64,000 nt of DNA from Nitrospinaceae bacterium (GTDB lineage: Bacteria; Nitrospinota; Nitrospinia; Nitrospinales; Nitrospinaceae). Each line of letters opens with the position of its first letter. The stretch's first letter is position 1. Made by a program: the position numbers and the translations under genes. Shown here piece by piece: positions 48,367-57,210 of this stretch. The notes under the pieces were generated by a model that did not search any database, had not been told where the DNA came from, and saw only the letters and a list, made by a program, of their open reading frames with translations. The stretch is taken from assembly GCA_965237905.1 (NCBI GenBank), contig OZ250172.1, positions 2,368,001-2,432,000 of the forward strand, in the 5' to 3' direction.

Positions 48367-51300
48367 ATGAATAAATCGAATAAAGGTTTCCTGAGTTTTC
48401 TTCTGGGTGGTCGCAAGCTTCTTTTGCTGACACTTTTGGGGCTCGCCGTCATCGTTTTAGTCGGTTTAAATGCAGTTAAAAAACAGCTTGAAAGAAACCT
48501 TTCCTCCGAACTGCAAACCATTCTCCAATCCAATCAGGATACCTTGGGAATTTGGAACCAGGAAAAAAGCTCTCAGGTAAAAAATTGGGCGAACAATCCC
48601 AATGTGAGAGCAAACATCCTTTCATTGTCGCAGCGCACTCTACAAGAAAAAGTACCCCCAGACACTCTTTTAAAGAGCAAGGAGCTGGAAGAGCTCCGCA
48701 AAATTCTGGGTCCGGTATGTAACCGACACAATTATGTAGAGTTCGTTGTATTCAACTCTTCCGGATTGCAGATTGGTGCTTTATTAGACAAAACCGTAGG
48801 TCAACGGGAATTGGTTGCGTATTCGGATTTCATAAGGCGGTCTCTGAAAGGGGAAACGGTAGTTTCCCTTCCCTTCTTTTCGGAGACTCCCCTGCCCACT
48901 ATTCATGGACAATGGAAGGAAGATTGGCCGACCATGTTCATTTCTGCTCCGGTCCGGGATGATTCTGGCGATGTAGTGGCCGTTCTATCTTTCCGGTTGA
49001 GACCGGAAATCGAATTTTCCAGAATCACGGAATTGGGCAGAACGGGTGAGTCAGGGGAAACCTATGCATTTAATGAAAGTGGATTTTTGATCAGTAACAG
49101 CCGGTTCGATGATCAGCTCAGAGACATTGGAATTCTTTCGGACGATCCAGACCAGATGTCCATGTTAGCGGTGAAGCTGATTGAACGAGGTAAATACGTT
49201 AACAAGAGAAACCCTCGCTTGACCCAGGCGGTCGGCAGCGCCCTCAAGGGTGAAAACGGGGTGGATATTAATGGATACCCGGATTACCGGGGTGTGAGGG
49301 TGATTGGAGCTTGGACCTGGATGGAGGAATATGGTTTTGGCCTGACTACGAAAATCGATGTGGACGAAGCTTTTGCGCCCTTGATCATTATGAAGCGCGT
49401 ATTTGTTTCCTTTTTTGCATTGCTGTTGGTAGCCATTGGAGCCTTCTGGTTTGTTTCGACCCGCGAGCGTAAATTAGAGAAAGAGCGCAAGAAAGTTTCT
49501 GGTTTACTGGAAGACAGTGAAAAAAAGGCTGATCTGATTTTATCGAGTACCCTCGACGGAATTGTCACGATTCTTCCCAACGGCATGATTCAGTCGTTCA
49601 ATCTCGCTGCCGAAAAAATCTTCGGTTATAAGGCGGAGGAAGTGATCGGTAAAAACGTGAAACTTCTGATGCCTGAACCGTATTTCAGCGAGCATGACTG
49701 GTATTTGAAAAAGTATTTACTGACCGGGGAAAAAAAAATTCTGGGAACCGTGCGGGAGGTTCCTGGACGGCGCAAAGACGGATCCATTTTTGATTTGGAA
49801 ATTGCCATCAGTGAAATCTTTCTGCAAGACGAGCGAGTATTCATCGGATTGGTCCGGGATATTACGGAGAGAAAACGGGTGGAGGCCTTGTCGAATCGTA
49901 TGGGCCGTATTCTAGACGATTCTTTCAATGAGATTTATATCTTTGACGTTAAAACGTTTAAATACGTCGAAGTCAATCGAGGCGCTTGTGAAAATCTGGG
50001 ATACCTAAAGGAAGAGCTCCTGCAATTAACCCCATTTGATATTTTCCCGGAATTTGGACCGGAGCGGTTAGAAAAACTGGTTACGCCCCTGCGGCGCGAG
50101 TCGGCCTCCCGCATTGTATTTGAAACCGAGCAGACGCGAAAGGACGGCTCCAGTTACCCGGTGGAAGTCCGTTTGCAGTTGACTGCTATCGACGGGAGCT
50201 CCCTGTTTTTGGCTATTGTGCAGGATATTACAGAGCGGAAGAAAGCGGAGCAGGTGCGATTGCAGGCTCAAAATGAACTGGAGGACCGGGTTCAGCAGCG
50301 GACGGTGGAATTGAAGGATGTTAATGAGGTTTTAAGAGAAGAAATTGCCGAGCGGGAAGTCATGGAAAGGGCTTTAAGGGATAATGAAGCTCAAATCCGC
50401 GCCATTGTCGAGAATGTGGTGGATGGTATCGTGACCATTGATGAAGAGGGAACCATTGAGTTGTTCAACCCCACTGCCGAGGAAATTTTTGGATATTCGG
50501 CAAAGGAAGTGATTGGTGAAAATATCAGCATGTTGATGCCTCAACCTTATCAAGGCGAGCATGATGGCTATATGCAAAGCTACCATGAAACCGGAGAGGC
50601 CAAGATCCTCGGGTTGAAACGGGAAGTCTGGGGCTTAAGGAAAGATGGCTCGGTTTTTCCCATGGAGTTGGCCATTAATGAATTTTATATCGGCGAGCGG
50701 AGGGCGTATACCGGCGTCGTTCAGGATATTACAGAGAAGAAGCAGGCTCAATGGTCTTTGGATCGTCTGACCCGGCAAAACGAGTTGATTCTTAAATCCG
50801 TTGGAGATGGAATATTTGGGATGAACCTGGAAGGTGAGATCACATTTTATAATCCCTCTGCTTTAAAAATGACCCGGTTTGATGAAAACGAGTTGGTGGG
50901 AAAATCTTTGCACGAGGTCCTGAGTCTTCCTCATGAGGAGAAATCGCCTCTTAGTCAAGACTATCCTCTGTATCAGGTATTCAAGGAAGGTCAGACTCAA
51001 TCTAAAGATGAAGAAGTGTTTTGGACAAAAGAGGGTTCCGCCTTGTTGGCGGAATATATATGCGCTCCTATTTATGAGGATGAAAAAATTGTAGGGGCAG
51101 TGGTCACGTTTCGTGACATTTTAAGAAGGAAGCGGGTGGAGGAGGCGCTGGTCCAGGCGAAAGAAGAGGCGGAGCGTGCCAACCGGGCCAAATCGGATTT
51201 TTTATCCCGGATGAGTCACGAATTGAGGACTCCCATGAATTCCATCCTGGGCTTTGCGCAAATTCTCGAAATGGATAAAATCGATCGTCTGACGACTCGG

Positions 51301-52338
51301 CAAAAACCCTGGGTCAGCCAAGTTCGGAAGGCTGGAGATCATTTGCTGGAACTGATCAATGAGATATTGGATCTGGCTCGTATTGAATCGGGTAAAATGA
51401 CTGTGACCATGGAAAATGTGGATGTCGTTCCTCTTATGAAAGAAGTGCTGGTTTTGATTATGCCGATGTCGAAAGATAGAAAAATCAAAATTGTAAATAT
51501 GGTTTCCATTCCCAGTCTGGTGGTCTTTGGGGACCGGATTCGCTTGAGACAAGTTTTCTTGAATTTATTGTCCAATGCGGTCAAGTACAATATCGAAAAT
51601 GGCATTATTTCTATTTATTATAGAAAAACTTCCGAAGGAAAAATCCGGATCAGTATCGAAGATTCGGGCATTGGGGTTTCTAAAGATAAAATCAATGATT
51701 TGTTTGAGCCCTTTGCAAGGCTGGATGCCGATAGCTCGGAAGTCGAGGGAACCGGCATCGGACTTACCATAACCCGACGCTTGGTCGAACAAATGAGTGG
51801 GGACATCTCCGTTAAAAGTACTCTGGATAAAGGCAGTTGTTTTACCCTGGAACTTCCAGCCGGGGCGGCCCAGGAAGTAGAGAGGGATCCAGAAGATGCC
51901 AGAGTTGAGTTTTCGCAACAATCACTGAACCCGAATGAGAACTATACTCTTTTATATATCGAGGATAACCCGGATAATCTGATTTTGATCAGGCAGGTTT
52001 TGAAAACCCGGCCGAATATTCGTTTGATTTTTTCAAGGGACAGCAGGACGGGGATTGAGCTTGCCTTGGCGCATCACCCGGACTTGATTTTAATGGATAT
52101 TAACCTCCCGGGTATGGATGGCTTTACCGCATTGAAGGCTCTACGGGCCTATCGGGGAATCCGTTCCATCCCCGTTATTGCAGTAAGTGCCAATGCCATG
52201 CAAGATGATATTGATCATGGATTGGAGGCAGGTTTTGATTCTTATATTACCAAACCTATTAATATTGCCCGGTTTATGGAAGTGGTGGACCGGTTGTTAG
52301 TACAGAAAAAAGGAGCTTCTTTAAATTCTTCTTCATAA
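48367..52338 (+). CDS. Membrane hybrid histidine kinase: TM-Cache-like-TM, four PAS (two FixL-like), HisKA, HATPase, REC
   Basis: Two TM segments, PAS motifs MPEPYFSEHDWYL and MPQPYQGEHDGYM, MSHELRTPMN, NLLSNAVKY, GTGIGL and a C-terminal REC (YIEDN...LMDINLP...KP). Confidence 0.93.
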   Translation: MNKSNKGFLSFLLGGRKLLLLTLLGLAVIVLVGLNAVKKQLERNLSSELQTILQSNQDTLGIWNQEKSSQVKNWANNPNVRANILSLSQRTLQEKVPPDTLLKSKELEELRKILGPVCNRHNYVEFVVFNSSGLQIGALLDKTVGQRELVAYSDFIRRSLKGETVVSLPFFSETPLPTIHGQWKEDWPTMFISAPVRDDSGDVVAVLSFRLRPEIEFSRITELGRTGESGETYAFNESGFLISNSRFDDQLRDIGILSDDPDQMSMLAVKLIERGKYVNKRNPRLTQAVGSALKGENGVDINGYPDYRGVRVIGAWTWMEEYGFGLTTKIDVDEAFAPLIIMKRVFVSFFALLLVAIGAFWFVSTRERKLEKERKKVSGLLEDSEKKADLILSSTLDGIVTILPNGMIQSFNLAAEKIFGYKAEEVIGKNVKLLMPEPYFSEHDWYLKKYLLTGEKKILGTVREVPGRRKDGSIFDLEIAISEIFLQDERVFIGLVRDITERKRVEALSNRMGRILDDSFNEIYIFDVKTFKYVEVNRGACENLGYLKEELLQLTPFDIFPEFGPERLEKLVTPLRRESASRIVFETEQTRKDGSSYPVEVRLQLTAIDGSSLFLAIVQDITERKKAEQVRLQAQNELEDRVQQRTVELKDVNEVLREEIAEREVMERALRDNEAQIRAIVENVVDGIVTIDEEGTIELFNPTAEEIFGYSAKEVIGENISMLMPQPYQGEHDGYMQSYHETGEAKILGLKREVWGLRKDGSVFPMELAINEFYIGERRAYTGVVQDITEKKQAQWSLDRLTRQNELILKSVGDGIFGMNLEGEITFYNPSALKMTRFDENELVGKSLHEVLSLPHEEKSPLSQDYPLYQVFKEGQTQSKDEEVFWTKEGSALLAEYICAPIYEDEKIVGAVVTFRDILRRKRVEEALVQAKEEAERANRAKSDFLSRMSHELRTPMNSILGFAQILEMDKIDRLTTRQKPWVSQVRKAGDHLLELINEILDLARIESGKMTVTMENVDVVPLMKEVLVLIMPMSKDRKIKIVNMVSIPSLVVFGDRIRLRQVFLNLLSNAVKYNIENGIISIYYRKTSEGKIRISIEDSGIGVSKDKINDLFEPFARLDADSSEVEGTGIGLTITRRLVEQMSGDISVKSTLDKGSCFTLELPAGAAQEVERDPEDARVEFSQQSLNPNENYTLLYIEDNPDNLILIRQVLKTRPNIRLIFSRDSRTGIELALAHHPDLILMDINLPGMDGFTALKALRAYRGIRSIPVIAVSANAMQDDIDHGLEAGFDSYITKPINIARFMEVVDRLLVQKKGASLNSSS

Positions 52339-52350
52339 TTATGGGAATCT

Positions 52351-53511
52351 ATGTTGAATCTAAAAGCTTATCTGAAATCTAAAATACTGATTGTGGACGA
52401 CGAGCCAGGCAACGTCCTTCTTCTGGAACAAATGATGATCCAGGAGGGATACGACCGTCTTCACAGTACCTCTGATTCTACACAGTCCCTTGGATTGTTT
52501 ACCGAGGTCCAGCCGGATTTAGTATTGCTGGATTTGAATATGCCGCAGATGGATGGTTTCGAGGTTATGGAGCAGTTGAAGAAAGCGGACCCGGAATCGC
52601 TGGTTCCCATTTTGGTGTTGACTGCTTTGAAAGACGAGGAAACGAAGTTGCGCGCCTTGAGGTCGGGAGCCAAGGACTTTTTGAGTAAACCCTTCGATCT
52701 GACAGAAGCGAGCTTGCGCATCAAGAATCTTTTGGAGATGCGATTCTTGCATCAAGAAGTTCAAAAGCATAATCAGATATTGGAGGATCAAGTTCAGGTG
52801 CGAACAGCGGAGCTGGAAAGATCCACAGAAGAATTGGCAAACTTCGCCTATATCGCGTCTCACGATCTTCAGGAACCGTTAAGGAAGATCATCACGTTCG
52901 GAGACCGGCTTGCCGGAAAGTTCGGCTCGGTTTTAAACGATACGGGCAAGGATTATATTGATCGAATGCAAAAATCTGCGATTCGCATGAAGGGTTTGAT
53001 CGATGGTCTCCTTCATTTTTCCAAGGTCACCATGCATTCAACCCCTTTTCAGGAAATTGATTTGAACGAGGCGATATCGGAAGTGTTGGCGGACCTGGAA
53101 GTCCAGATTGAAAGAACCAAGGGGCGGGTGGAGGTGGATACCCTTCCCAGTATTCAAGGGGAACAGTTTCAAATACGCCAATTATTCCAAAACCTGATTT
53201 CCAACGGCCTCAAGTACCATCGTGATGAAGAGGCTCCTGTGATCAAAATCAAATATGCCGGGTTCGATAAGAACCTTGAAGAAATTTATATCGAAGATAA
53301 TGGAAAAGGGTTTGATGAAAAACATCTGGATCGGATTTTTCGTCCCTTTGAACGCCTTCATGGCCATAGTGAATATGGGGGGACGGGAATGGGGCTGGCA
53401 ATTTGCCATAAAATAGTTACGCACCATAAAGGACAGATCACCGCAAAGAGTCAACCGAATCAAGGTGCCACGTTTATCGTAAAACTTCCTTCCAAGCAGA
53501 AGACAGAATGA
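52351..53511 (+). CDS. REC-HisKA-HATPase hybrid kinase
   Basis: ILIVDDE...LLDLNMP...KPF, ASHDLQEPLRKI, NLISNGLKY and GTGMGLAIC. Confidence 0.92.
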   Translation: MLNLKAYLKSKILIVDDEPGNVLLLEQMMIQEGYDRLHSTSDSTQSLGLFTEVQPDLVLLDLNMPQMDGFEVMEQLKKADPESLVPILVLTALKDEETKLRALRSGAKDFLSKPFDLTEASLRIKNLLEMRFLHQEVQKHNQILEDQVQVRTAELERSTEELANFAYIASHDLQEPLRKIITFGDRLAGKFGSVLNDTGKDYIDRMQKSAIRMKGLIDGLLHFSKVTMHSTPFQEIDLNEAISEVLADLEVQIERTKGRVEVDTLPSIQGEQFQIRQLFQNLISNGLKYHRDEEAPVIKIKYAGFDKNLEEIYIEDNGKGFDEKHLDRIFRPFERLHGHSEYGGTGMGLAICHKIVTHHKGQITAKSQPNQGATFIVKLPSKQKTE

Positions 53512-53885
53512 AACAGGGGAAAATATTATTGGTAGATGATGAGGTGATTATCCTCGAAACCGTTGGCGACGACCTGAGAGAGGCAGGATTCAATGTGGTC
53601 CAAGCTAACAACGGCACCGAAGGACTCCGCCAATTCAAGGCAGGAGAGTTTGACTTGGTGATCAGTGATCTGATGATGGATGAAGTGGACGGTTTCGGAG
53701 TGCTGAGAGAAATTAAAAGAATTTCTCCGGAGACGCCCGTTATCATCATTACCGGATACCCTTCTTCCAAAGCCTCCAAAGAAGCTCTTATTCTGGGAGC
53801 AAATGATATCATCATCAAGCCCTCTGGCTTGGGGGAAATATTTAAAGTCATAAGTCAGCATATCGGCCCCCCAAAAAGCGGATGA
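53508..53885 (+). CDS. Single-domain response regulator (REC only)
   Basis: ILLVDDE, DLVISDLMM, IIITG and IKP. Its start overlaps the upstream stop (ATGA). Confidence 0.9.
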   Translation: MKQGKILLVDDEVIILETVGDDLREAGFNVVQANNGTEGLRQFKAGEFDLVISDLMMDEVDGFGVLREIKRISPETPVIIITGYPSSKASKEALILGANDIIIKPSGLGEIFKVISQHIGPPKSG

Positions 53886-54086
53886 GATAAAAAGTCTCGT
53901 CCTCCTTCAGGAACTCCTTCCACCGTCCCACCCAGCGTTGTGATGTTTCCCGTTCTGAAACAGTCTGTGCGAACCCCGCGACGCAAAGTGTTTCATATCC
54001 GGGATTTCGTATGTCAGCAGTGGCATCCATTCGACTCGCTGTTTAATAAAGCTAAATAAAACAATAGCTTATTTATTATCGGTGTA

Positions 54087-54102
54087 TGGCATATAAATTG
54101 CT
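54087..54102 (+). promoter_or_regulatory. sigma54 (-24/-12) promoter
   Basis: TGGCATATAAATTGCT has GG-N10-GC spacing. An AT-rich IHF-like tract lies just upstream, and the inverted repeat TGTTTC-N7-GAAACA at 53944-53962 is a candidate enhancer. Confidence 0.75.
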
Positions 54103-54170
54103 ATTCATGTGTATAGAAGTCAATGAAATTAATGAATGGATCATTCTTAAACTTACCTTAGGAGGCAGGC

Positions 54171-54392
54171 ATGTTTTATGAAGTCCGGATATACAAAGCA
54201 GATGGCACGTTGAAAAAACAGATTTCCCGTACTGAATTGAGTGACAAGCATTGGGAAAATTTTGAAAAGATCGAAGGAGAGATCGGCCTCAATACCTCTG
54301 GAACGAAACCCGTACCGGCATGGGTTAAGGCCAAATTGGATGTGGAATTTCCGACCAACTTGGAATTGGATCATCAAAGTTCCCAGGGTTAA
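54171..54392 (+). CDS. Small hypothetical protein (73 aa)
   Basis: Strong AGGAGG ribosome-binding site, located between the sigma54 promoter and the HD-GYP gene. Confidence 0.75.
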   Translation: MFYEVRIYKADGTLKKQISRTELSDKHWENFEKIEGEIGLNTSGTKPVPAWVKAKLDVEFPTNLELDHQSSQG

Positions 54393-54420
54393 ACCGGGAT
54401 AATCAATTGGAGACTTGCTA

Positions 54421-55551
54421 ATGAATTATCCCAATTTTCCGAAAAGATCCTTTGAGGATGTCCTGGACTGTAAGATTCTTGTCGTCGACGACGAAGAAAT
54501 CAACGTCAAGCTATTGGAGTATTTGCTCCTCCGGAACGGATATCGTTCGGTACGCTCGACTACCGACCCGCGCGATGTAGTACAACTTTATCTGGAATTT
54601 CGTCCGGATTTAGTTCTTCTGGACCTCAATATGCCTCATATGGATGGTGTTGAGGTCATGGAAAAACTTTATGGAATCGAAACAGAAACGTATCCCTCCA
54701 TTGTAATTATTACTGCAAACAATAATGATGAAGCCAAGATCCGTTGTTTGGATTCGGGAGCGTTGGATTTTCTTGCCAAGCCCTTCAATGCGGTGGAAGT
54801 GGTGGCGCGTATCAAAAATATATTGAATATCCGCCTGCTTCACAATCGCATCAATCATCAGAATAAAATTTTGGATCAGAAAATCCGGGAGAGGACCCAG
54901 GAGTTGTCCGATACCCGGTTAGAAGTCGCCCAGCGACTGAGCCGCGCCGCGGAATGTCGGGATAATGAAACCGGCATGCACGTCATTCGTATGAGCCGTT
55001 ATTCCTATCTTTTGGCAGAAGCGGTAGGGCTGTCCATCAATCAATGTGAGCTGTTACAGCACGCCAGCCCGATGCACGACATCGGTAAAATCGGAATTCC
55101 CGACAGCATTTTGCTGAAACCCGGTAAGCTGGATGCAGAGGAATGGAAAATTATGAAAAGCCATACCGAAATCGGAGGAAAAATTCTTTCCGGTTCCGAT
55201 TCCAATCTGATGCAAATGGCTGAAAGCATCGCCCGCACCCATCATGAGAAATGGGATGGTTCGGGATATCCTCAAGGATTGAAAGGTGAGGACATTCCTT
55301 TGGAAGGACGTATTGTGGCTGTTTGCGACGTGTTTGACGCGCTTACTTCCGAGCGTCCTTATAAAAAACAATGGTCGGTGGAAAAGGCTGTTCAAGAGTT
55401 AAAAGATAATTCCGGCATTCACTTTGATCCGGTTCTGGTGAACAAATTTATCGAAATCCTGCCGCAGGTTCTGAGAGTCATGGAATGCTGTCAGGATGAG
55501 CCGGCCCCGGAAGAAGTGTTGAAGGCGCAACCCGTTTTGCATCCCCACTAA
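54421..55551 (+). CDS. REC + HD-GYP cyclic-di-GMP phosphodiesterase (RpfG-like)
   Basis: REC domain, RDNETGMHVIR, MHDIGKIGIPD, HHEKWDGSGYP and DVFDALTSERPYK. The start is the ATG at 54421 or the TTG at 54415. Confidence 0.93.
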   Translation: MNYPNFPKRSFEDVLDCKILVVDDEEINVKLLEYLLLRNGYRSVRSTTDPRDVVQLYLEFRPDLVLLDLNMPHMDGVEVMEKLYGIETETYPSIVIITANNNDEAKIRCLDSGALDFLAKPFNAVEVVARIKNILNIRLLHNRINHQNKILDQKIRERTQELSDTRLEVAQRLSRAAECRDNETGMHVIRMSRYSYLLAEAVGLSINQCELLQHASPMHDIGKIGIPDSILLKPGKLDAEEWKIMKSHTEIGGKILSGSDSNLMQMAESIARTHHEKWDGSGYPQGLKGEDIPLEGRIVAVCDVFDALTSERPYKKQWSVEKAVQELKDNSGIHFDPVLVNKFIEILPQVLRVMECCQDEPAPEEVLKAQPVLHPH

Positions 55552-55576
55552 TTCTCCAAAAAGGATAAAGGTTTGT

Positions 55577-57085
55577 TTAGGGCCAAAGCTGAAGTTGAGA
55601 CACTTCATCTACTTGCAGCCCTGTGGTTTGTTGGATGAGGTGAATCACACTCGCATCCATCATCTCCATCAATGGTCCGGGATACAATCCAATACACAAT
55701 ACGAGGATAGCCAATGGAATCAGCGTAGCCAATTCCCGATTCGATAAATCTGGGAGCACTTTGGCGGCTTCTGTCGATGGTTCTCCCAACGCCACCCTTT
55801 GGAGCATCCACAACATATAGGCGGCGGCTAAAACAATACCGCCCATAGAGAGAATAACCATGGCAAAGCTGACATAGGAAGTCCCTACTAAGACTAAAAA
55901 TTCGCCAACGAAATTACAGGTGCCTGGTAACCCAAAGGCGGCGACTGAAAACAAAAAGAACAATGCAACAAATCTTGGCATGGGTTTATGCAAGCCGCCG
56001 TAGTCAGAAATCTCTCGACTGTGAGTGCGGTCGTATAATTGTCCAACACAAATAAATAAGGCTGCAGTAGTAATCCCGTGATTAAACATTTGCAAGACGG
56101 CCCCCTGGATACCTTGGCTATTGAACACAAAAATTCCGAGAGTAACAAAACCCATGTGGGAAACTGAGGAATAGGCCACGAGCTTTTTAAGATCTGACTG
56201 CGCCAAGGCCATATACCCGCCATAGATAATGGCTATGACCGATAACCACAAAATATATGGGGCGAAATTCGCCGAAGCCTCTGGAAACATCGGCAAACAA
56301 AAACGCAAAAACCCATATCCCCCCATTTTCAACAGCACCCCAGCCAGAATCACACTGCCAGCCGTAGGGGCTTCGGAGTGCGCGTCAGGGAGCCACGTAT
56401 GAAAGGGAAACATTGGCATTTTTATCGCAAAAGCCAGGAAGAACGCCAGGAATAACCAGAATTGTGTGCTGGAAGAATAAGTTTGTTCAGATAACACCAA
56501 CAGATCGTAGGTATGTCCCCCATTAAGATAAACGCCCAATATTCCCACCAGTAGCAGTAAGCTTCCTGTTAGACTGTACAAAACGAATTTAAGCCCAGCA
56601 GCAACACGATTCGGCCCCCCCCAGAGAATAATCATGAAATACATGGGAATCATTGTAAGTTCCCACAACATGAAAAACAGGAAAAGATCCAGGGCGGTAA
56701 AGACCACAAGCATGGCGCCTTCAACTAACAAGATCAGCGAGAGATAGGCTCGTACTCGTGTTTTAATTCCCGTCCACGAACAAAGGACACAGAGTGGACA
56801 AAGAAGGGCTGTGAGAATCACCATAAGAATACTGATGCCATCAACACCAACCGCATACTGAATATTAAACGTGGTCATCCATTCCACGCGTTCCACGAAC
56901 TGCATGTCTGGCAGGGTGGAATCAAAATTCTTCCATAGTATCAGCGAAAGGAAAAACACCACCATTGTGATTCCAAAGGCAATGCGTCGAATCCATTCTT
57001 CATTACGCACAAATGCCAGAATGACGATTCCTAAAAAAGGAACGGCAACAATCCAGCTAATCAGATGATCCATCAATAGAGCCAT
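55577..57085 (-). CDS. nuoM: NuoM-like proton-translocating membrane subunit
   Basis: GVDGIS, FMLWELTMIPMY, AFAIKMPMFPFHTWLPDAHSEAPT, LLKMGGYG and AYSSVSHMG. Confidence 0.9.
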   Translation of the reverse strand: MALLMDHLISWIVAVPFLGIVILAFVRNEEWIRRIAFGITMVVFFLSLILWKNFDSTLPDMQFVERVEWMTTFNIQYAVGVDGISILMVILTALLCPLCVLCSWTGIKTRVRAYLSLILLVEGAMLVVFTALDLFLFFMLWELTMIPMYFMIILWGGPNRVAAGLKFVLYSLTGSLLLLVGILGVYLNGGHTYDLLVLSEQTYSSSTQFWLFLAFFLAFAIKMPMFPFHTWLPDAHSEAPTAGSVILAGVLLKMGGYGFLRFCLPMFPEASANFAPYILWLSVIAIIYGGYMALAQSDLKKLVAYSSVSHMGFVTLGIFVFNSQGIQGAVLQMFNHGITTAALFICVGQLYDRTHSREISDYGGLHKPMPRFVALFFLFSVAAFGLPGTCNFVGEFLVLVGTSYVSFAMVILSMGGIVLAAAYMLWMLQRVALGEPSTEAAKVLPDLSNRELATLIPLAILVLCIGLYPGPLMEMMDASVIHLIQQTTGLQVDEVSQLQLWP

Positions 57086-57210
57086 TTAAGAATCCTCCTG
57101 CCTACGAAAGAAGCAAACTCCCGGCTTTTCAGGTTAGCACAAGAAAAATAACGTAAGGCCATTCGCAACCAGATCCATTTTTTATAATAGGGATACAAAT
57201 CGGGAACTCA

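Noticed and set aside
53960..54030. c-di-GMP-I riboswitch (GACGCAAAG upstream of an HD-GYP gene)
   Set aside because: I could not find the P1 GNRA hairpin or P2 receptor, and the site lies upstream of the predicted sigma54 start. An Rfam scan would settle it.
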